Origin: Clostridia bacterium
Lineage (GTDB): Bacteria; Bacillota; Clostridia; Christensenellales; CAG-138
Length of the DNA: 64,000 bases
Reading direction: 5' to 3'
Assembly (NCBI GenBank): GCA_016292635.1
Contig: JAEDIC010000008.1
Span: 150 to 64,149, forward strand
Below are positions 1-6,338 of this stretch, piece by piece (position 1 is the stretch's first letter; every line of letters starts with the position of its first letter). A model generated the notes under the pieces. It was not told the DNA's origin. It did not search any database and saw only the letters and a program-made list of their open reading frames with translations. The position numbers were made by a program, and so were the translations under genes.

Positions 1-26
1 AACCACGCGACTGTCGCGTGGTTTTC
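1..26 (+). terminator. Intrinsic terminator-like hairpin at the window edge
   Basis: AACCACGCGA (1-10) pairs with TCGCGTGGTT (14-23), a 10-bp stem with a 3-nt loop, followed by TTTC. It would end a + strand gene lying upstream of the window. Confidence 0.4.
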
Positions 27-86
27 TATATACAAAAAGACGGTGCGCCGGATGTAGCGCACCGCATGGGAAGTTATTCGTTTACA

Positions 87-713
87 TTAGAAAATCTGGC
101 CGGGAAGCTTCAGCTTTTCCTTGTAAGGAAAGGCTTTGTCGAATTCTTCTGCCGCCGCCTCATCCACAAAGTAGCCCCGCGGGGTGGCGTATTCCCCGGT
201 TATGCCGTCAAGGTAGCCGGGGATCAGCTCTTTGCAGAGGAAGAAGGACGCATCCTCGCCCTCCGGCAGCCCGTGATAGCGTATGCCGTATTCGGACGCA
301 TACTTGAATCCACTTTTACCGTAAAAGGCGATATTGCCTTCAAAACAGACCGCTCCGCATCCGAGTCCGGCGGCTTTTTCGAGAGAATAATCCAGCAGTA
401 TTTTGCCGTAACCCTGCCTTTTCAGCTCAGGGGCTATGCAGATAGGGCCCATTGTCATAATGGGTATATCCCGTCCGTTATCGGCCTTTATGGATGCCCT
501 CATGAAGATGTTTTGACCGATAAGCTTGCCGTCCTTCTCCATAACAAAGTTGAGCTCTGGCACAAAGGCCACATCCTCTCTCAGCTGATTCAGAACGTAG
601 TGCTCAAGACAGCCGGGACGGTATACGTTCCAGAATGCTTCTCTTACAAGGTGCTCTGTTTCACGGCGTTCTTCTTTTCTTTCCAAACGAATAGTATAGT
701 CATTTTTATTCAT
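87..713 (-). CDS. GNAT family N-acetyltransferase (208 aa)
   Basis: ORF 87..881(-) trimmed to the ATG at 713 (MNKNDYTIRL...). GGAGGAG lies about 8 nt upstream (721-727, rc) and the longer N-terminus is not protein-like. Contains a GNAT acetyl-CoA-site style motif, RQGYGKILLDYSLEKA. Confidence 0.85.
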   Translation of the reverse strand: MNKNDYTIRLERKEERRETEHLVREAFWNVYRPGCLEHYVLNQLREDVAFVPELNFVMEKDGKLIGQNIFMRASIKADNGRDIPIMTMGPICIAPELKRQGYGKILLDYSLEKAAGLGCGAVCFEGNIAFYGKSGFKYASEYGIRYHGLPEGEDASFFLCKELIPGYLDGITGEYATPRGYFVDEAAAEEFDKAFPYKEKLKLPGQIF

Positions 714-1230
714 TGTTTTTCTCCTCCTGATGATTGATGACCGCAATGCTGGGAGGCTTGTGCGAGATCGTATTTGCCCAAACCTCCCGGTTAGGCCACA
801 ATCTCCAAGGTGTTGTTCTTCTTCAAACAGCAAACTCCTTAAATGAATTGAATTATATGACCGGTCAGTATGCCGATTCATGTTCTTATTCTACTACCGC
901 AGAATGCGGTTTTCAACCATACAGAAAAAAACTGTATAAGTTTTTGTGGCTTATCACAGGCCGTATGATAACCTGCCCCTCGAGGTTATAGGAAATAGCG
1001 ATAAAACGCTTGTACCGGGGGAGGAGTATAAAGCTATAACCCGCAATATCGGCTATGGAGCGTATGCTCCGGATTCCGGATTTTTTATGGAATGAGGTAC
1101 GGAGAGCCGGGCCTTTTGCAAAGCCGCATTGATGCAGAATATGGAGAACGTAGATCTGCTGCCATATAAATACGGTTGAGTATGCCAATAAGAAGGACAC
1201 AAAATTCATATTGTTTTTCCATTTTATACG

Positions 1231-1259
1231 TTGCTATTCTCTGTAAAAAGGCATAATAT
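1231..1259 (+). promoter_or_regulatory. Sigma-A-like promoter for the hemolysin-III gene
   Basis: TTGCTA (1231-1236), 17-nt spacer, TAATAT (1254-1259), about 30 nt upstream of the ATG at 1290. Confidence 0.4.
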
Positions 1260-1289
1260 GTATTCATTCCTGGATTGGGGTGAGGCATT

Positions 1290-1961
1290 ATGCAGAGGAC
1301 TCGGATTAAAGACAGAGCCCTTCCCGACTATACCAAAGGGGAAGAAATATTCAATATGGCGTCCCATATCGCGGGGGCGGTATTCGGCGTTTTTGCATTG
1401 GTTACCTGTGTGATAACGGCGGCATCCCACCGAAACGTATGGAGTATAGTCAGCGGAGCGATATATGGTTTTTCCATGATTGTACTTTATACCGTATCCA
1501 GCGTGTATCACGGGCTGACCGGAAGCACGGGCAAAAAGGTGATGCAGGTGATAGACCACTGCGTGATATACCTGCTTATCTGCGGAACATATACGCCCAT
1601 TGTGCTTTGTGCGCTCAGGGAGTATTCCCCTGCGTTGGGATGGGGCATATTTGCCGCAGTGTGGGGAGTGGCGGCCCTTGGCGCAGTATTTACCGCCATC
1701 GATCTTAAAAAGTATTCCAAGCTTTCAATGGCGTGTTATATTGGAATAGGCTGGTGCATAATACTGGCAATAAAGCCGCTGCTGACGGTATTGCCCCGTG
1801 AGGCGTTTATGTGGCTTCTTGGGGGAGGCGTCGCCTATACGGTGGGCGCGGTGCTGTATGCTTTGGGAAGTAAACACAGATATATGCATTCGGTGTTCCA
1901 TCTGTTCGTATTGGCGGGAAGCATAACGCACTATATCACCATAATCAAATATATACTGTAG
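1290..1961 (+). CDS. Hemolysin III / PAQR family membrane protein (223 aa)
   Basis: Full ORF with about 7 hydrophobic helices. Family-typical His/Asp-containing motifs are present: SHIAGA, SSVYH, IDHCVIYLLI, HSVFHLFVLAG. Confidence 0.9.
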   Translation: MQRTRIKDRALPDYTKGEEIFNMASHIAGAVFGVFALVTCVITAASHRNVWSIVSGAIYGFSMIVLYTVSSVYHGLTGSTGKKVMQVIDHCVIYLLICGTYTPIVLCALREYSPALGWGIFAAVWGVAALGAVFTAIDLKKYSKLSMACYIGIGWCIILAIKPLLTVLPREAFMWLLGGGVAYTVGAVLYALGSKHRYMHSVFHLFVLAGSITHYITIIKYIL

Positions 1962-1964
1962 CTT

Positions 1965-1990
1965 AAAAGCACCCTCCTGGGTGCTTTTAA
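1965..1990 (+). terminator. Intrinsic terminator
   Basis: AAAAGCACCC-tcct-GGGTGCTTTT hairpin starting 4 nt after the stop codon, with a T-run. Confidence 0.8.
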
Positions 1991-2094
1991 TGCGCATTTG
2001 ATTTGCGGGCTATTCCATTTTTGGATAGTGAGCTCCTTTGCGTCAGTGGTTCTTATGTGAAATATTCGATGTTTTTTATCAAATGACAGGCCGT

Positions 2095-2123
2095 TTCACA
2101 AGGCGGTAAATATCTGATATAAT
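2095..2123 (+). promoter_or_regulatory. Sigma-A-like promoter upstream of the macro-domain gene
   Basis: TTCACA (2095-2100), 17 nt, TATAAT (2118-2123), about 50 nt upstream of the ATG at 2175. Confidence 0.5.
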
Positions 2124-2174
2124 CATCATAAAGAAATATGGCGATTATGACGACATAGCGAAGGGGGAAAGCGT

Positions 2175-3209
2175 ATGCCGCTGCATATAGTAAGAAACGA
2201 TATAACCAAAATGAAGGTGGATGCCATAGTAAACGCTGCCAACAGCACGCTGCTTGGGGGCGGCGGGGTGGATGGCTGCATACATCGGGCGGCAGGGCCC
2301 GAGCTTCTTGAGGAATGTAAAACCCTCGGCGGATGTCCTGCGGGAAGCGCAAAGATCACCGGGGCATATAAGCTGCCCTGCAAATACGTTATACATACCG
2401 TTGGCCCCCGCTGGATGGGCGGAAATCATGGGGAGAGGGAAAACCTGGCCTCCTGCTACGAAACCTCAATGCGCCTTGCAAAGGAGCACGGCTGCGAAAC
2501 CATAGCTTTCCCGCTGATATCCTCTGGCATATTCGGCTATCCCAAGGATGAGGCCCTCAGGGTGGCAGTGGATACAATAAGCGGCTTTCTGCTCCGTAAC
2601 GACATGACGGTATACATAACCATATTCGACAAAAATTCATACCGGATAAGCCAAAAGCTCTTTGCGGACATAGAGGAATATATCGACGACCTGTATGTGG
2701 ATGAGCATTTGGATAATAATGCCGAACGGCAGAGGAGGGAGTTTCAGCGGGAGGAGGTATTCCGGCAGGGGAAGCGTTTGCAAAGCAATGGGGATATGTG
2801 TATGTGCGCCCCAAGCTGCTATGTGGAAACGGCAAAGCCGGATTCCCTGGATGAGGCCCTGAAGGAGATGGACGAAAGCTTTTCAGAAATGCTGCTGAGG
2901 AAGATAGACCTGTCCGGAATGACGGATGCGGAGTGCTACAAAAAGGCAAACATAGACCGCAAGCTTTTTTCCAAAATACGTTTGGATAAGCAATATAAGC
3001 CCAGCAAGCCCACGGCGCTGGCTTTTGCCATAGCCCTTGAGCTTAGCCTTGAGGAAACAAAGGAAATGCTGAGAAAGGCGGGCTTTGCCCTGTCCCGTTC
3101 AAATAAGTTTGATATAATAATACAGTACTTTATCGAGCATAAGAATTACGATGTATTCCAAATAAACGAGGCGCTGTTCGCGTTTGATCAAAACCTGCTC
3201 GGGGGATAA
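2175..3209 (+). CDS. Macro domain (MacroD/YmdB-type ADP-ribose-derivative hydrolase) fused to a C-terminal HTH-like module (344 aa)
   Basis: The N-terminal ~165 aa carry macro-domain signatures: [21 protein letters not shown]. The C-terminal ~110 aa ([24 protein letters not shown]...[24 protein letters not shown]) resemble an XRE-type helix-turn-helix. RBS AAGGGGGAAA lies before the ATG. Confidence 0.85.
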   Translation: MPLHIVRNDITKMKVDAIVNAANSTLLGGGGVDGCIHRAAGPELLEECKTLGGCPAGSAKITGAYKLPCKYVIHTVGPRWMGGNHGERENLASCYETSMRLAKEHGCETIAFPLISSGIFGYPKDEALRVAVDTISGFLLRNDMTVYITIFDKNSYRISQKLFADIEEYIDDLYVDEHLDNNAERQRREFQREEVFRQGKRLQSNGDMCMCAPSCYVETAKPDSLDEALKEMDESFSEMLLRKIDLSGMTDAECYKKANIDRKLFSKIRLDKQYKPSKPTALAFAIALELSLEETKEMLRKAGFALSRSNKFDIIIQYFIEHKNYDVFQINEALFAFDQNLLGG

Positions 3210-3312
3210 AATGTCGCTTTCCATGCGACCAATACAGCTTCGCATATTCGTACAATATGACTGTAAGGCAAAAGCCGGGCAGTCATATTTTATTTTAGGA
3301 GGATATTTAAAT

Positions 3313-3960
3313 ATGAAAAAGAACCTGACAGAAATAGTGTTTATACTGGACAAAAGCGGCTCCATGGCGGGTCTTGAGGCGGACACCATAGGCGGATTCA
3401 ATTCCATGATAGAAAAGCAAAAAAAGGAGGAGGGAGAGGCCGTAATATCCACGGTATTGTTCAATGATATGTGCGAGGTGATACACGATAGGGTAAGCGT
3501 GAGGGATATAAAGCCTATGACGGAAGAGGAGTATTTCGTGGGGGGCAGCACGGCTCTTCTGGACGCCATAGGCGGGGCGATACACCATATTGGCAATGTT
3601 CATAAATATGCGAGGAACGAGGATGTGCCGGAGCATACACTGTTCGTTATAACCACAGACGGCATGGAAAACGCCAGCCGCAGCTATTCCGGCGAAAGGG
3701 TAAAGGAAATGATAGAGCGGCAGAAGAAAAAATACGGCTGGGAGTTCCTTTTCTTGGGGGCAAATATAGACGCCGTGGAGACGGCAGGGCGGTTTGGTAT
3801 AGATGCGGACAGGGCGGTGAACTATCATGGGGACAGGGAGGGAACGGCGCTGAATTACCGGGTGCTGAATGAAGCCATATGCTCCGTAAGGTCCAGTCGG
3901 CCACTAACGGCAGAGTGGAAAAAGTCCATAGATGAGGATTTTGAAAAGCGCGGCAAGTGA
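3313..3960 (+). CDS. Cytoplasmic von Willebrand factor A (vWA) domain protein (215 aa)
   Basis: ORF 3184..3960 trimmed to the ATG at 3313 (AGGAGGA at 3297-3303). MIDAS motif DKSGSM, plus GGSTAL and TTDGMEN. No signal peptide or TM segment. Confidence 0.8.
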   Translation: MKKNLTEIVFILDKSGSMAGLEADTIGGFNSMIEKQKKEEGEAVISTVLFNDMCEVIHDRVSVRDIKPMTEEEYFVGGSTALLDAIGGAIHHIGNVHKYARNEDVPEHTLFVITTDGMENASRSYSGERVKEMIERQKKKYGWEFLFLGANIDAVETAGRFGIDADRAVNYHGDREGTALNYRVLNEAICSVRSSRPLTAEWKKSIDEDFEKRGK

Positions 3961-3972
3961 GCAGCAATATAG

Positions 3973-4006
3973 AAAAGGCGGGGCTGGATTTCGGCCCCGT
4001 CCTTTT
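3973..4006. terminator. Bidirectional intrinsic terminator between convergent vWA and MFS genes
   Basis: AAAAGGCGGGGC-tggatttc-GGCCCCGTCCTTTT (one bulge), with A-run and T-run flanks on both sides. Confidence 0.75.
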
Positions 4007-4017
4007 GTATGCATGAT

Positions 4018-5421
4018 TTACGCTTTTTTGTGTATTCGGGGCAGAAGCTGCACTACGGCAATGTCCACAGCCACGCATATTATTTCTGCCCACGCAAGGG
4101 TACGGATGGAGGATACAGCCGCTGCGGCCTCGTTTGCGCCTGCGGCCATCTCCGCGGTAATGCGGTTTGTGAACATGGGTACGAACACCGCAACGCCAAA
4201 GGGGGCGGCAAGGTCACGGAACAGGCCATATGTGCCCGTACCTGCGCCGGCCTTTTCCGGCGGCAGTCCGGAGAGGGCTACCTTCATGAATATAGTGCCG
4301 TTTGCCCCAAGGCCAAAGCCCAGTATGCCGAGGGACAGGGCAAGGGTAAGCACAGAGGAACTTTCGGTAAACAGCAGCATTATGGCGCATCCGATGCCGG
4401 TGAGTAGCAGAGAACATGTGAGCACCGTCTTGGGCTCTTTTTTATCTGCCAACGGCCCAAGGAGCAAAGCTCCGAGGGACATTCCTATATACATTATGGA
4501 TATGGAATAGCTGGATATTATGGTGTTCTCCGGCTGGGTATACATGAGGAATACGATTATATTTGTCATGTTGGCCTGCATGAGACCCTGGGTTAGGAAA
4601 AGGGCGACAACGGACAGCAGAAACGCTCTGCGGGCCATAAAGCTTCCCTGCAGTATGGGATTTTTCGCGCGCTTTTCTGCATATATCAGCCCGAAAAGAG
4701 AAACTATCGCCGCCGCCAACACAGAGATGAAGGGCGTGGAGCTCCAGCCGAAATTCTGACCAAAGGAAGGCACGCACAGCACAAGGCTGAAAAATACCAG
4801 CACCAGCGCCCCGCCAAGACTGTCAAAGCCGGAAAGCCCTTTTGGAGAGGCGGTATTGCGCTCCCGGAAGAAAAGGCAGGCCGCGAATATCACGGCGCAG
4901 ATCCCCACGCATACCCACATCATTACCCGCCAGCCGTATGCGTTTATAATCAGGCCGCCCAGCGTAGGGCCGAATACCACCGATGCGCTGGATATGAGCA
5001 TATACAGGGAAAACCCCTTGGCAACATCATCAGGGGGAAAGCCGGTTACGATATATGACATTACCACCGGGGCTATTGCGGCAGAGCCTGTGCCCACAAC
5101 AAAGCGGGCAATGAGCATAAACAGCAATGACGGGGCGATTGCCGTAAGCAGGTTGCCCAATGTGTATATGGCGATGCCCAACAGCAGCGTCTTTCGCCTG
5201 CCTATGGCGTCGCCCAGCTTGCCCAGTACGGGGGCGAAGGCAGCGGTGGACATGGCTGTGGCAAGAGCCGTCCATGTGGTGTTGTTGTAGGGCAGGTCAA
5301 GGTCCTTAACAAAGGCAGGGCCAAGCACCGTGGAAAAGCCTCCCACTATGCCAACCAGGAATGCCGCCAGAGCATAGGGCAGGAAGCCTTTCATATGGGG
5401 TTTTCTCGTGGTTTTTTCCAT
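4018..5421 (-). CDS. MFS transporter, drug:H+ antiporter-like (467 aa)
   Basis: Full ORF with about 14 hydrophobic helices. MFS motif-A-like GKLGDAIGRRKTLL. GGGAGGAG RBS lies 9 nt upstream of the ATG at 5421. Confidence 0.9.
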   Translation of the reverse strand: MEKTTRKPHMKGFLPYALAAFLVGIVGGFSTVLGPAFVKDLDLPYNNTTWTALATAMSTAAFAPVLGKLGDAIGRRKTLLLGIAIYTLGNLLTAIAPSLLFMLIARFVVGTGSAAIAPVVMSYIVTGFPPDDVAKGFSLYMLISSASVVFGPTLGGLIINAYGWRVMMWVCVGICAVIFAACLFFRERNTASPKGLSGFDSLGGALVLVFFSLVLCVPSFGQNFGWSSTPFISVLAAAIVSLFGLIYAEKRAKNPILQGSFMARRAFLLSVVALFLTQGLMQANMTNIIVFLMYTQPENTIISSYSISIMYIGMSLGALLLGPLADKKEPKTVLTCSLLLTGIGCAIMLLFTESSSVLTLALSLGILGFGLGANGTIFMKVALSGLPPEKAGAGTGTYGLFRDLAAPFGVAVFVPMFTNRITAEMAAGANEAAAAVSSIRTLAWAEIICVAVDIAVVQLLPRIHKKA

Positions 5422-5538
5422 TGGTGATACTCCTCCCGGTGTCCCTTTGAATAACGCTTCGGGACAAACATTCTCTTAGTCAGTATGCCCGAATTTATGG
5501 ATTTGCCACGAGTCATTTTGATTGAATGGGGCATATAT

Positions 5539-5574
5539 AAAAAAGAACACTACCGCATCCTTGCGATAATGTCC
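5539..5574 (-). terminator. Probable intrinsic terminator after the YlmH-like gene
   Basis: On the minus strand, GGACATTATCGCA-agga-TGCGGTAGTGTTC (imperfect, 10/13 pairs) followed by TTTTTT. Confidence 0.45.
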
Positions 5575-5591
5575 TTATTTTTAAACTATCT

Positions 5592-6338
5592 TCAATATAC
5601 CCGTACTCTTACCCTTAGGCGTCCCTTCTTGGTCTCTCGTTCAATCCCCTCATAAGCAAACCTGCCCTTGCCCCGCACTGAAACAAGGGCGCCGGGGGCG
5701 AGGGAAGCGGAAGGGTTCTGGGTAAGGCGGCTGTTTATGAACACACGGCCCTGCTGTATTAGCTCCTTGCCGCCGTTGCGGGAAAGGAGGTATACGGCGG
5801 ATATGATCGCATCCAGCCTTTCCGATGCTACCACCACGGAGGTTATGGGCGGGGGTTCAAGGAGGAATTCGGGCGGTTCTGACAGAGAGCATCGCACCGT
5901 TGTGCGCTTTACCTCGCCAAGGCCGTCAATAATATAAGAAGCGATGGAGTCGAGGCAGAACAGATATCCCACATTGTCCGCAATGAGTATATCGCCCATT
6001 ACCTCCCGGCGAACGCCGAGACCCATCAACGCACCGAGGAAATCCCTGTGGTTTAGCTTATCCGCAAACTTTTGCGATGCGGGGGCGATTTTTATGCATA
6101 CTACGGGGGAGATATAGGGACAGCCGCACATATCTTCGCTGCCGAATGCCGCAACCTTTCGCTCTCCGTCAGGATATCCGGCATGGAGGGAAAAGGGCGC
6201 GGCAAGGCGCAGGGCGCATAGGATATCCTGCTCCGCAAGGGTGAGGAATTCCGTATCCGTCCAGAAGCCCTGCCTGTCCGCGCGCTCCGCAAGCTCGCTT
6301 AGGCGGTTTATCAGCTGTTGTCTTTCAGCGTCTGCCAT
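5592..6338 (-). CDS. YlmH-like RNA-binding protein with C-terminal S4 domain (248 aa)
   Basis: Full ORF. The length and layout match YlmH-type proteins. The C-terminal S4-like segment is ERLDAIISAVYLLSRNGGKELIQQGRVFINSRL. The start ATG at 6338 lies 28 nt inside the upstream gene, indicating translational coupling. Confidence 0.75.
   Translation of the reverse strand: MADAERQQLINRLSELAERADRQGFWTDTEFLTLAEQDILCALRLAAPFSLHAGYPDGERKVAAFGSEDMCGCPYISPVVCIKIAPASQKFADKLNHRDFLGALMGLGVRREVMGDILIADNVGYLFCLDSIASYIIDGLGEVKRTTVRCSLSEPPEFLLEPPPITSVVVASERLDAIISAVYLLSRNGGKELIQQGRVFINSRLTQNPSASLAPGALVSVRGKGRFAYEGIERETKKGRLRVRVRVY

Noticed and set aside
18-881. Longer versions of several ORF-track entries: 87..881, 3184..3960, 15179..15940, 19166..19645, 30729..32462, 34747..36489, 36615..37292, 40636..43584, 43682..44320, 46323..47186, 51081..51758, 51683..54148, 55294..56187, 58005..58289 and 58345..59106.
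   Set aside because: In each case an internal start codon with a properly spaced GGAGG-type RBS gives an N-terminus matching the protein family, whereas the upstream extension is non-protein-like or overlaps the neighbouring gene or promoter.
913-1209. 98-aa minus-strand ORF in the GNAT/hemolysin-III spacer as a real gene.
   Set aside because: It has no Shine-Dalgarno sequence, atypical composition after the first helix, lower GC than the surrounding genes, and no family that I recognise. It is kept only as part of an unexplained-spacer note.
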